This document shows, piece by piece, positions 24,501 through 37,000 of a DNA stretch of 64,000 nucleotides. A program made the position numbers and the translations under genes. A model generated the notes under the pieces. The model saw nothing but the letters and a program-made list of their open reading frames with translations, was not told the origin of the DNA and did no database searches. The stretch comes from Callorhinchus milii (taxonomy: Eukaryota), in assembly GCF_018977255.1 (NCBI RefSeq), contig NW_024704772.1, positions 186,001 to 250,000 of the forward strand. The letters run 5' to 3'. Positions within the stretch are counted from its first letter, which is position 1. Each line of letters starts with the position of its first letter.

Positions 24501-24775
24501 CATCCCAAGGACGGCACATCCCGTAATGCAGCACTGTTCCCGCTCTCGTAGAGCTGAACTGTATTGAAGCTTCAGCCTGGACTGTGAGCTCAACATCCTG
24601 AGGTGGGGCTTGAACCCACAATCTTCTGATTCAGAGAGCGATTGTGCCAGGTTGCCACATCAAATAATTACACATAATTGTTAACTGTATACGTACCATT
24701 TATATAGTCATGTCCCTTTGATATTCGCAGAAACATCAGGATGTTAAGGAATCCAAGTTGCAAATAAGCTGCCAT
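17762..24775 (-). CDS. IL2RB: Interleukin-2/15 receptor beta chain (CD122), 8 coding exons, about 567 aa
   Basis: Exons 24775-24697, 23973-23862, 23282-23098, 22725-22586, 22153-21964, 21471-21375, 20821-20737, 18577-17762, all phase-consistent. Motifs: signal peptide then NGTSQF, WSQWS, TM, Box1 [19 protein letters not shown], Box2 [26 protein letters not shown] and C-terminal [10 protein letters not shown]. Confidence 0.95.
20737..20821 (-). CDS. IL2RB: IL2RB Box1 exon
   Basis: [28 protein letters not shown]; 85 nt. Confidence 0.92.
21375..21471 (-). CDS. IL2RB: IL2RB transmembrane exon
   Basis: [21 protein letters not shown]. Confidence 0.85.
21964..22153 (-). CDS. IL2RB: IL2RB D2 exon b (WSXWS)
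   Basis: [14 protein letters not shown]...VWSQWS. Confidence 0.9.
22586..22725 (-). CDS. IL2RB: IL2RB D2 exon a
   Basis: KIPRP...CQFSW...[13 protein letters not shown]. Confidence 0.88.
23098..23282 (-). CDS. IL2RB: IL2RB D1 exon b
   Basis: FANKCE...[21 protein letters not shown]...FEPSSN; 185 nt, phase 2-1. Confidence 0.85.
23862..23973 (-). CDS. IL2RB: IL2RB D1 exon a
   Basis: [19 protein letters not shown]; phase 1-2. Confidence 0.9.
24270..24640 (-). mobile_element. Old DeuSINE-like element; similar remnants at about 8210-8430, 20340-20630, 31700-31870 and 33640-33790
   Basis: GGGTTCAAGCCCCAC head, CAGTGCTGCA..GGGATGAGACATT, and GTCCTGGCCAA..GGCTGC core. Confidence 0.6.
24697..24775 (-). 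CDS. IL2RB: IL2RB signal-peptide exon
   Basis: [26 protein letters not shown]; an upstream acceptor implies a non-coding exon 1. Confidence 0.8.
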
Positions 24776-26299
24776 TCTTCTAGGGAGCTGGAAACATACA
24801 GAATACATCAAAGGAAATCTGATTGTCTACTTTCTGCAGCATTCAAACCTCTTGGCCCTTCCCTCTCAGTCCCCAAAGAAACTAATCTCAGATTTTTAGT
24901 GCTAAATTCTGTTTTGCTTTGAGCTCAGCAGAAGGTTGCACAGTGTGCTCTCAGTGTCGGTGTTCCTTGTTAATGCCTCTTTCACAGAGAGGGTGGTCCT
25001 CTCTGTCAATGATAAGGGGAGAGGTGTTTGTCAACGATTGGTGATTGGCATGTAGATGTATCTGGTGTAGGGTGATTCTATTGAGATCCGTCCACTGAAT
25101 GTTCCCACAACGCTAGTTTGGCAGCTGAGGATTAACTCTGCGTTTGAGTTTCTAGGATTTGAATTCCTGCTCTGCTAACCAGGTGCTAAAGGCACAGGGA
25201 GAAAGGACAGGGCAGGGGGCAGAGGGCACAGGTTCAGATGTGGAGAGCAAGGTTAGGGCAGACACTGCATTGGGACGCCCATAAGCATGTGTCATTTGTT
25301 TTTGTTGTTGTTGCATTGTTGGTGAGAACTTAAACTGAAATCCTTGCTTTGCCTTTTGAGGGGGGATGTTAAAGATTCAGAGCCGCTATTGGAAAAAGAA
25401 GGGAGTTTCTTTCCCTTGTGTCTTGGTCATCAATCCCCCACATGAATTGGTCATTGACCACATGGCTGTGTGTGGGGAGCCTTTGCTGTGCACAGAATAG
25501 ACCGTTTCTGTCAACACATTAGAGGGCTGAACCCTGCGTGTTCACACCTCAGCTTCTAGTTTCTCTCCTGTAGGTCAAGATCTTATCTGTTACAGACTGT
25601 CCCTGTTTGATGTTTACCACTCGCCTTCCTGTGACAGCTTTTTCTCTCCATTCAGACCCTCATACAGGAACATGTTTGACTTAAACAGCTTTTAAGAGGC
25701 AACAAGGCAACTATTTGAATAGGAAAAATCTAAAAGGGTTTGCGCGTGTGTGTCCGCGCGTGTGTGTGTTAGGATTACAGTTGCAGTGCGGAGGTTGAGA
25801 TTAAGAAGGGGTTGGGGGAGGTTGAGTGAATAGCACAATGATTAAAGCAGTGCACAACTCTGCCTCATTAAGTGTAGGCCGCTATGTAACTACACTTTGT
25901 TGTTGATGCGTACCAGACCTGACATATACGACTGACGCTCAGACCTGACACAAGGTTGAAGAAAGCATCACTGTGGCCTTCTCTATTTTTCGAGAACTGA
26001 ATTATTTTTAAGGTTTTAGGCTTTTACTTAACATGTTGTGGAGAAAGGAATAAGCAAAAAAACCCAAATGATGGCACCTGAGGTAAACAAGGCAGCTTAT
26101 GAACAGAAGCTGTCCCTCACAATACTTTGTGTTATTTCCTGTTTTCTTATAATTCAGTGACCACAAAAACCACAATTAAATTTACCCCTTTTAATGAAGA
26201 ACATAATTCGCTTCTCGGTTTGGCCATGGGTTGGAGCCATTATATATTTAACTCATTAGGATTTATGGGGCTTTAGAGAGAATTTGACTGATAATATAA

Positions 26300-26735
26300 T
26301 AAGTACACATACACGCGCACACAGGAGTACACATACACATCACAAACACACATAGGAGTACACACAGGAGTACACACACACACACACACACACACACAGG
26401 AGTAAACACACATGGGAGTACACACACACAGGAGTACACACACACACACAGGAGTACACACACATGGGAGTACACACACACACACAGGAGTACACACACA
26501 CACACAGGAGTACACACACACTTACAGGAGTACACACACAGGATTACACACACATACAGAGTACGCAAGCACACACACACATACACACACAGGAGTACAT
26601 ATACACGTGATTTTACACACACACACAAGTACACACATGCACCAACATGCAATTATACACACATGCGCACACACTCGGGCGCAGGTCACACACGTGCACG
26701 TGAATATACACACAGAACACATACACACATACACT
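26300..26735. repeat. (CA)n/CAGGAGTA compound microsatellite; similar simple repeats at 5495-5710, 12600-12970, 15420-15800, 19300-19720, 29360-29460, 34110-34355, 42915-43040, 46060-46215, 49250-49460, 50370-50505 and 54040-54430
   Basis: Direct inspection. Confidence 0.9.
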
Positions 26736-28884
26736 CCCAGGGGGAGAGAGTAGGGTCAGGCGAGTAAGGGAGCTGTGGGATCACTGTGAAGCCAGCACTG
26801 CTCCTGGTTTGGGGACTGACTGACCGCTCTCCTCAGTCTCTCTGTCTAACTGCAGGTTTGCAAACAAGTGTTTGTGTGCTGTGCAAACTCCCCTCTCGCT
26901 CGTTTGCTCTCTCTCCCAGCCTGGCTCAGCCAGTGAGATACGATCCGCTCTCAGGCTGAGCGAGCGAGTGAGCCACCACAGTGGTTGTGGAGCTATAACC
27001 ACACTGAAGGCCGCTGATGGTAACTTACTCATCAAACCACAGGGTGGATGGGACTCTCTGAGCGATGAGGAGACACCCACAATCTCATTGACTAGTAGTC
27101 CTTGTGTGAACACTTCCCTCTCCATTCCCTGTGTATTTTGCTATTCCAGAAGATAATGGCTGATCTGTACCTCAACTCCATTTACCTGACTTTGCCCCAT
27201 ATCCCTTGATCCCTTTGACCTAACAAACTTCTATCCACCCCAAGGCTGGAAAATTTGCGTAGAACAATGGCCCACACACACAACCACAAGGCGAGTGGCC
27301 AGAGTACCCGGGGGATTGTTGGGCAGGACATCGGGAGAGAAACTCCCAGTAGCGTCATACAATCAAAACACTGAGCTACAGAGCTCCACGTTGAACAGTT
27401 ACATTAGCAAACCAACTTGTGCTATTATCTGATTCAAACTGGAAGTTGAGGAAATGTCAGCGTGTGTTATTAATGGCTTTGATCAGAGATAACATCTTGG
27501 TATGTTTGATCTGCACGGAATTAGACACTGCTGAGAGCAGCCTGCTTCAAATTAGCACCCAGCCTCCCAGCACAGCGTCACTCATACCTAACAGGTGACG
27601 GTCTTACAAGGAAGCCCGAGGCTCTGGCTGACAATAATAATAATCATAATAATCCTTGCATTTGATACAGCGCCTTATCACATCGTTCAGACGTCTCAAA
27701 GCGCTTCACAGGATATGCTGTAAAGTGAAATGACTGTGTATTGTGGGCGAAACAAGGCAGCCAATTTCGTACAGCAGTGTCCCACAAACAATCGTGGATT
27801 GAGTGACCAAACTATTATTATTAATTTTTTTTTGGAGGGATTATTAAGAACCCACCAAGTTACATTATTTTTTCCCCTCATGGCTCTGGCAGGACTCTGG
27901 GCTGTGTGCAAGCTGGCTGCCATGTTTGCCTACAAAGTATGCAGTTGCTCTCACTTGACAGTAATTACTGCAAAGCACTTGCTGACGTGGCGACACTTTA
28001 ACGCACTCGGTTTGGTTTCATACGCTCTCCTTCCAGTTTCAATTCACGGCAGCTGTCTGACACTGTGTGTTATCTGATCTCAATCGTGTTGAAGTATTGG
28101 TTCTGACAGTTTCTGATAACACAGGCAGATAGCTCCAAATACGGTCACAAATACCCGGGCTTGAAACCTTCCTCATGGGTTTCAACATGAGTGCAGTTTT
28201 TGGTCAGAGCAAACATTACCTTTGTATATAACATCCACCCCACAATGCCGTACAGATAGCTCACTGTTTGAGTGGCACCAAGCAGATGAGCTAACACACA
28301 GTCAAGCTGAACCTTACAGGGTTTATTTTCCACCTTGATCCATAATTGAGCCGAGTGGGACTGGGAGCACATTTCCATCTCACTTGAGTGGCCACGATTT
28401 CCAGCTGAGACTTGAGGGTGGACCTACACACGCATTTTCTCTCTTTCATAGGGACAGGAGGAGATCTTTCAGCCCCTCAAGCCTGTACCTCCATTCTATA
28501 AGATTTGTACCTCAACTTCAATTACCCGCCCTTGCCCCATATCCCTCTTTGGGTACCAACCTCAAGGGCAAGTCTCAAAATGGGGGAGGGAAGAAATATC
28601 TGGGTTGAAGAGAGCAAGGTGGGATTGACTAGAGCGCGGGACTGGGATTGGGACGAGAGAGTGGACTGTGTCTGTGCTCTGTGGGGTTTGGGTTTGTTGG
28701 AAGATGGAAGATATTCAGATGGAAGTGTATAATCCTCTGTCAAATCAAAACAATGATGTTATCAGATTAGTTCATCAACCGCGATTAGACCTGGGGGAAG
28801 ATAGAGAGCAGCCAAATAAGTCAATGTTTTGATGATTGACTGAGAAGCTATTTACCATTCATAGGAACAGGGGAACAGGGAGCA

Positions 28885-29031
28885 CCTCATCACATTGTCC
28901 ACCCAACCCTCCTCATCACAGTGTCCACCCAACCCTCCTCATCACAGTGTCCACCCAACCCTCCTCATCACATTGTCCACCCAACCCTCCTCATCACAGT
29001 GTCCACCCAACCCTCCTCATCACAGTGTCCA
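28885..29031. repeat. 26-bp tandem repeat, about 5.6 units
   Basis: CCTCATCACA(G/T)TGTCCACCCAACCCT. Confidence 0.92.
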
Positions 29032-32000
29032 GCCACAACCTCTGTTCCGGGTAACCTATTCCAGCTATTCCTTATCTTCTCTGTGTAATACCTTCTGGTG
29101 TCTGGCCATCACAAAATATAGTCAATTCACTTTACAGTATATCCTGTGAAGTGGATTGAGACGTCTCGAACACGAGATAAGGTACTGCATCCAATGCGAG
29201 GATTATTATTATTATTATTTAATCGCGGTGGAGGATCATAGCAGGTAGAGCAGGGCTGCGATGGGCGGGGCTGGGGATGGGCAGGCAGATCTCTGGGTTC
29301 CAGGCTTGCGATTGATATAACTTTGGAAAAAGGTGTCAGATCTAATGTGCGTCAGAACGTGTGCGCATGTGCGTTTGTGTGTGTTTGCGCACGTGTGAGA
29401 GCGTGTGTGGGTGCGTGCGTATGAGTGTGTGTGTGCGCGTGTGCGCGTGTGTGTGCGTGTGGCTACTGCAGAAAGTGGATGTGAGAGTGGAAATTCAGCT
29501 CCTGTGTTATGTTGACAAGCAGAAACAAACTCTTTATTTCTCCCCAAAAATCTGTGCCCATCAGTGATCAGTGTCTGCCCGTCACAGTGTCAGGAATCCC
29601 AGCCGGGGGGGCAGGGGGGAAATCTACCCAGACATAACTCACCATCTGGCTCATCTGATCCACAGCACCACCTGCGTCTCCTACATTGAGTTTCTGTAAA
29701 ATACAACATGCATTGTGTCATGTCTTATTCCAGGAACATACTGGGGGCAAGGGGAGCAGTCAGTGCCTTGGGACATCTGACATGATACATCGTGTGTGGA
29801 TCCTTACCTGGCTTAGCTTTCTGACCTGTGTGTGTGAGCGTGTGACTGTGTTTTGTGTGACTGTTATGTGTATGTGTGTGTGAGTACGTGCGTGTGTATG
29901 TATGTGTGTGTATGTGACTATTGTGTGTGTATGTATGTGACTATGTCTGTGACTGTGTGTGTGTGTACGACTGCTCTGTGACTGGTGAGTCAGCGCAGAA
30001 CTGATCCACTAACAGTCTTAACAAGTTATTGCAACACTTAAGCCGTGGACTCAAACGTAAAAAAAACTCCCTCCTGGGTTGTGAGAGATGAGACATTAGC
30101 CGAGTTGCCTGTGTGGTCAGACAGAGCTCAGCTCTCACCTGGGTTTCCAGTAATGATTTCCTTTTCCTTTGAAATCATTTTGCAATGTTCCCCCCCCCCC
30201 CCCCCACCTCGTTCTTCTGCTGTGTCAGCCACAAGGTGCAATGTGTGTTAGCAAAGTCACAAGCTCAGAGCCTGACCTGGAGCAGAGCAGAGAATGCCTA
30301 ACAAACCCAGATATAGGAGCACCTTTGATTCCTTCCTGAGAGATGCTGACACGACTCAGGTCCGTACCCCAGCCCGACTCAGCAACTCTCAGCAATGAAA
30401 TAGAGGGAAGAATTGTGTGTACGTGCGTGGGGGGGAGGAACCCACATTTAACAGATACATTTCACATCCCACGATACTCAGAGGCAGAGAGTGAGACTGG
30501 AGTGAACAGCGAGGAGAGGCAACAACAACAACACATGACACATTTCCACAGTCGGGAGGACGTCTCGAGGCGCTGGAAAGTCAGGGATTTGGACCCAAGC
30601 TGGGGGTTGGGATCAGGGTGGCTGGAGGGCGAGGAGAGTAGGGGTAGGAGGGTGATCGAAGGCGCGGTTGAAGAGGTGAGTCTTCAGACTTGCCTTGAAG
30701 GAGGCGAGGGTGTGGAGCGAGGAAGAGGGACTGCGGGATGAAGTTCAAAAGGGTGGGGGCAGAGGCAGTGAGTGAGACTAGCGTGAACAGGGAGGAGAGG
30801 CAGCTCGCTTTCAGTCTGATCAAAACATCAGCTGCAATATGAACTGTTCTCCAGAAGTGTACCAACTTAAAGACGATGGCCTCAGGCCTGAGTACAGGAG
30901 ACATTTCAGACATCAATCCTTTCCCTTTCACTGTGTCAGGCATAAGGGCCATCAGTCACCTGTGAGCTTCAACTTGCAGTTCTGCTCCCCTCTGACACAC
31001 ATTAATACATAGACACACACACACACACTGTATCATAGGTACTAACAAATGCAGAGTTTCAGAGAGCTAAGTCCACCCTACCCGTTAGGGCTTTGGCTGC
31101 AGGATTAACAGGAGCTGAGTGGGATGACTCCCTGCCCCCAGTGACTGATCTGCCCTTCCAAGTCCTGCTGGTTAGTCAGGCTGGGCCGGGCTGTGCTGTC
31201 ATCAGCAGTGAGTGCCCTGGGATACTGCGGACCCGCCTGGCTCAGGAACCAGACGAGAGACCGTCACAGAGGGTTTGCTCAATTCCCACATGCCATTGTC
31301 ACCTCGGAGGCTGCTCAGTCCTCAGTCACTACACCTCAATCACTACACCTCTACCACTACATTCGATTCAGGTGTCAGGCTGACACTCTCGCCTCTAAAC
31401 AACAACAGCAGCATCCCTCATGCAGGATAGCGTCCCAGAGCGCTTGGCAGTGGTGGAGCATGACCCCGAGCCGGTGGGGGTGTCGGTAGATCGATAGGAA
31501 GGTCTTCAGGCATGACCTGAAGATGGGGAAGGAAGGGGCAAGACGGAATGTTCTGGAGTTTTGGGGCATAGTGGCAGAAAATGGCAGGTTGAGGCTGACA
31601 CTCAGTGCAGTGCTGGGAGATCACCGCATTGTCGGAGATAATAATAATCTTTGGATTTGATACACAGCTTTATCATGTCTTCGTGACGTCTCAAAGCACT
31701 TAGATGCCATGCTTCGGATGAGACATTAGACCACGGTTGGTCTGTGCTTGTCCAGATGGGTATTAAAGATCCCGTGGTGCTATTTGGAAAGAGGAGGGAT
31801 TTTCTCCCTGTATCCTGCTCAACAATCCCCCAGATAAAATTGGTCATTCATTTCATAGCTGTCTGTGGGATATTTGGTCTCAGCTCGGGTCCAAATCCCT
31901 GACTGTCCAGCGCCTTGGGATGTCCTCCCGACATTAAAGGTGCCGTTTAAATGTAATTTTGTATTGTTTTGAGTTCACTTACTAATACACAGTGACGACA

Positions 32001-33255
32001 CTTTACAGTAAACTCCTTTGAAGCACTTTGAGACATTTCAGCAATGTTATGAGGCGCGATATCATATCCAATGATCATTATTAACTTCACTTAAGTCACG
32101 ACTCTTGTAACTGTGTCTCAGTCACACTGTCTGAGTAACCGCGTCTCAATAACCATATCTAGTAACCGTGCCTGGTAAATCATAAGTAAGCTGGTAGTTA
32201 GCGCAGTTACCGGCAAACGGCAGTGACACAGGACACAGACACTAAACACCTGAACGGGAAGAGAAAAGAGTTAATCACCTGGAGCTGGAGGCTGAGTTGA
32301 GAGACGATACGTTAGTCAGTCACTGCTACACAGGCTGTCGAGTGAGCAAGACAGAAACTGGTGGGTGATGGTTTGAGGAGGATGTAAGCTGTGTTGATCT
32401 GATAGTGCGCTGCTCAGCACATCACATCACATGCAGTTGTGGCTTCTCCATCACAATAGCTCCTATAGGGCGGTTGGTCAAAGGGAAATGAATAATAAGA
32501 TGTCCCTTCTACATCAAAGCTTTTAGCAACAATGAGCTTCACTTCGAACCGTTCTATTTTTTATGATTTGCTGTGAGATGTTTAAGTGAAATCTCTGTTA
32601 TTTTTAGCATGAATAATCTCACGTTTAATACAGCCATAAAGTCCATTTCCCGGGGAGTGGCTGTAATAATAACAATCCTTGCATTTGGTATACATCGTCA
32701 AAGCACTTTACAGATTTACTGTAAAGTGTAATGACTGTATTTTGTAGTTGAAAGCAGAATGCCGATTTGTGACCACAAACAGCCAAGAAGTGAACGACCA
32801 ATCTTTCCTGTTCCCCCGTGAAGGGTTATCCACTGAGCTGAGGGAATATCTGATGGGCAGGAGTGTGAAAGGACATGGTGAAAGGACAGGCAAAGGGGCA
32901 ACGTTTCAGATCAGCCATGATCTCATCAAATGGTGGAGCAGGCTGGATGGTCTGAGTGGCCCTCTCCTGTCCCTGTATTGTGTTGTAATGGCTGGCAGAC
33001 GCTGTGACTGTGCTAGCGGTGCTCCCAGGGGATGGTTTCCCTTCACACCTGAGCGCTCGCGTCCACCTCCTCATCCATCTCCTGGTCTTTCTTATCAGCG
33101 AGGCCAGCTAGCTCGGGTGTTTCTGCCAGCCCCAGTCCGGCTCAGCCACTCGCGCTCTCGCCCTCGCCTCTGCTCAGGACGTTGTACGCGTTGGGGGACG
33201 TTGAGCTCACAATCCAGGCTTATGCTCCAGTGCAGTGCAGTTTTTAGTAATTAGC

Positions 33256-33261
33256 TTTATT
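33256..33261 (-). terminator. Candidate polyadenylation signal for CYP2
   Basis: AATAAA on the minus strand about 550 nt after the stop. Confidence 0.4.
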
Positions 33262-33805
33262 TGGTATTGTGAAAGGCAGCGGGTGCGTGAGATACAGCAC
33301 ATTGTGTACATCCTCAGTCAACGTCTGTCTATAGTCGCTACCCCCCCACCCCCCCGTCCCTCCCAGCCACGCAGGCTCGTATTTGTGCTGTAACTGGGCG
33401 TGTGCACTGCCCCCTGGTGCTTTGTTGTGATCAGCCACATGTCTCACCGTCTCCAGAGTCTCCAAACCAGGCTGAGAATTCCACAGATGTCTGCCAACGA
33501 ACACACACAGAGATTTCCACGTGTCAAGTCATAGAGGATGTCACAAGCCAAACACCCAATCACTGCCCAGGTGGCGATGAGTTTTAATGTTTGTAATGAC
33601 AGGCGCTGCGAAAATCTCTAATCAACTCATTCATTCAATTCAAATTCCCACAGGTTTAACCAAGGTCCTGTCAGCCTGAAGGACTGTGTCTCTAACAATG
33701 CAGTGGGGTGTCAGTTTAGACTGTGTGATTGCATGTCCTGATGTGTGGAATCGAACTCATAACCTTCTGACTCAGAGGCAGGAACAGCGCTAACACAGGG
33801 GCAGG

Positions 33806-34026
33806 TCACTGGGAGACAGAAGGACCCAGCTCTCTGGCTGGCTGGCGATTCCTGCACTTCACAGCCAGTGTATAGGGACGAGGGGCTAAGGTGATTCGGT
33901 ACAACCCACGCAGGTCGGGAGGGGGCGCATGCGGAGGCCAGAGGAATGTGAAGCTCTGAAGGAGGCTGATGAAGAAGAGGAAGAGCTCCATGTTGGCCAC
34001 TCTCTCCCCTGGACATGCCCGCAGGC
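33806..34026 (-). CDS. CYP2 exon 9 (heme Cys)
   Basis: [19 protein letters not shown]. Confidence 0.92.
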
Positions 34027-37000
34027 CTGAAACACACAAGACATCACATGATACAGAAAGCTGTGTGTCTGTATGCACGTAAAGTGTACAGAACTGCATC
34101 AGCACCAACAGACAGAGACGGAGAGAGACACACATACATAGATACATGGATACATACATACACACACACGCACACAGACACATGCAGAGAGAAGACACAC
34201 TCACAGCCAGAGACACAGATCGAGCGAGATACATACACAGACGCATGTACACTGACAGAGCATCAGGCAGGCAGGCAGGCAGGCAGGCAAGCAGGCAGAC
34301 ATCTACAGCCACACACACTGATGGGGAGAGAGAGAGAGACACACACACACACGCGCAAAGATCTATTATGCGCACTGTCTTCATATCTGCTGTATAATGA
34401 CGCTCAGCATATAATGAAGGAGACTCACAAGGAATGAGATGGACTCACCCAGTGAGAAGGGGATGAAAGCTTCTGGTTTCACAAACTCTCCGTCTTCGTT
34501 CTGGAAGTTTCCCGGGTTGAAGTTGTTGGGGTCTTTCCAGGCGGCCTCATCGAACAGAGCTGAGGTCAGGTTCACCAGCATGATGGTGTCCTGGGGAACG
34601 AGGAGAAGCTACTGTTAGCACCGCGGGATCATAGTGATGTATATGTATATGTATATACGTATATATATATGTATATACACATTTATATATATATATGTAT
34701 ATACACATTTATATAGCGCCCTCCATGTAGGCTAATGTCTCGGAGCGGGTGCTTAGAGTGCTGTAGACCATGATAAGCTGCTTTATCTTATACTGAAAAG
34801 TAGAACCAGGGGACACGGCCTGCGATTGAAGGGGAGTAAATTCTCCTCTTTCACCAGCAACTTCTTAAGTTGTTATATAGGATGAGGCTCCTCAGGGACC
34901 TAGTCTGTTACTGACTGAATTAACCTTTTTCATTGTGTAGCTCCTGAAGCTGGTGTCCTGGATGGCAGCGTGAGCTGGTGTGAAGGGCACCACGTTCCCG
35001 AACCTTTGGATTTCGTGAATGACGGCACTGACGTAAGGCATTTTCACTCGGTCGTCCATGCAGGGCAACCGACACCAGCCGACCACCTGCTCGATCTCCT
35101 TCTGACACTTCTCTGCAGAGAGCGAGAGAGCGACAGAGACACGGACAGAGAGAACAAACCACACAATGAGAGGGATCAGAGCAAGGAGGAGGCCTTTGAT
35201 CACATCCGGAACCAATGGTAATTACCATCTGAAATGATCATCTCGATCAATAGATTTAGTTAATTATCACATAGTGGATCCTGTAGCTCAGTGGTTTGCG
35301 CACTCGCTTCGCAAGCGGGAGGACCTTTGCTTAGATTCTGGGCAGGACAGATCAGGGCGAAACTTTAGGCAAGTTTAATTACTCCACACACATGGCTCTG
35401 TTCACCTCGGAGTATATAGGAACCTGATTGTTAATCAATTGGCAGATCGCTTTTTCCAGGGATAAATTTTTTTAAAGAAACTAATAATAATTTTGTCACT
35501 CAATCCACGACTGTTTGTGGGACACTGCTGGGCGCAATTGGCTGCCACGTTTTGTGCACAAAATATATAGTCGATTCACTTTACAGTGTGTCCTGTGAAA
35601 TGCTTACAGATGTCTAGAAGATGTGATAAGGCTCTATATTAAATGCAAGGATTATTAATATATTATCTAGCTATTATTGACCTCGATAATTCTAGGATTT
35701 AATTCTCTCATTACAATTTTGATCATTGGACTGTCCAACGCCTTGGGACATCCTCTCAATGTGAATGGCGCTGTATAAATGTGATTGTATCTGTACATCA
35801 GAGGCTGCAGTTACCCTGTATATCGGGGTATGTCATCATGTATAATATTGCCCAGCGTAGCGTGGTGGCTGTGGTTTCAGTTCCAGCCACGAACAGATCA
35901 AAGACATTGTACACAAGGTTTCCCTCCGTCAAACAGGAATTGGGAGATTCTTGTTCCTGAAAAATGATAACGCAATATACATTGGTATTTGTCGATTTCA
36001 CGTCAGGAGTGTCTCAGGCCTCTTTACCCAGCTGGTTGCTTTATTCCTCCTTTTAAAGAAATATCTTGTGCCCCCTTTATCGATAGCCACAATCATAAAC
36101 CATTTCCAGCACAGATGGTCATTCAGCTGGACCTCGGTCCCCTCACACTGGAGCTCTCCACTCTCACCCCATCCCCTGCTCTCTCTCTCTCCCCCTCGTG
36201 TCTGTGCTGGTGCCATTGAGAGCACTACGCTCACCTTTTTCATTTCTAATAAATAGGCATCGATGAAATCCCGTGGTTTCTGCAGATCCAGCGATTCCCG
36301 GTGCTTTTTGATGAAATCCTGAATGATTGCTTCGATTTCTGCCTGGACTCGGAACATCTTCTGATGAGGCCCTGGGAAAGAGGAGAGAAAGGGGAGTGCC
36401 ATCGCCACCTGGGGAAAAACAGTGCATTATTCTGTGGGGAAAGCACAGGAGAAAGCTTTAGAGTAGATCTGTCAGTTCCAGAGAGAAAGGGAATAATGGC
36501 TGGAAGCTCGGCTGCTGCTGATGGTGGTGTTTGGGGGTGTGAGGAACACAAGCAGGCCTGAGTTTGCTGAGTCGAAGCTGGGAGGGAAGCAGGAAAGAAG
36601 GCTGTAGGAAGTCAGTATTAATAGGAAGGTGCGAGAGAGTGCGTGAGGATTTATTGATGAGCCTGAGGCAGAGGGAGAAAAGGTCACAGGTTCAGGGAGT
36701 GAAAGACAAGTTTAAGACAGACACCAGGAAGTATTTCTTTCCACTGAGGGGGATTAAACCCTTCAGTGAGGTTCCCAGAAAGTGTGGTGACAGTCAGCAT
36801 GCTGGGATTTTTGAGAGGTCAGGTGTCCTGAGTATTTGAAGGCGGTTCTTCCATTGGCGTATAAACAAAATAGTAATTTTCTGCTAACCTGGAACCAGAT
36901 TCCCGCTTGAAACTTCAAGCTCTTGTCGAAGAGTTCTGTCATTTGTATGAAGTTGGGGTCCGTGTAGTGGAAGCGCTCGCCAAAGACAATGGAGCAAATC

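Noticed and set aside
32748-33254. 168-aa ORF between IL2RB and CYP2
   Set aside because: It is built from SINE and CR1 remnants and shows no recognisable homology
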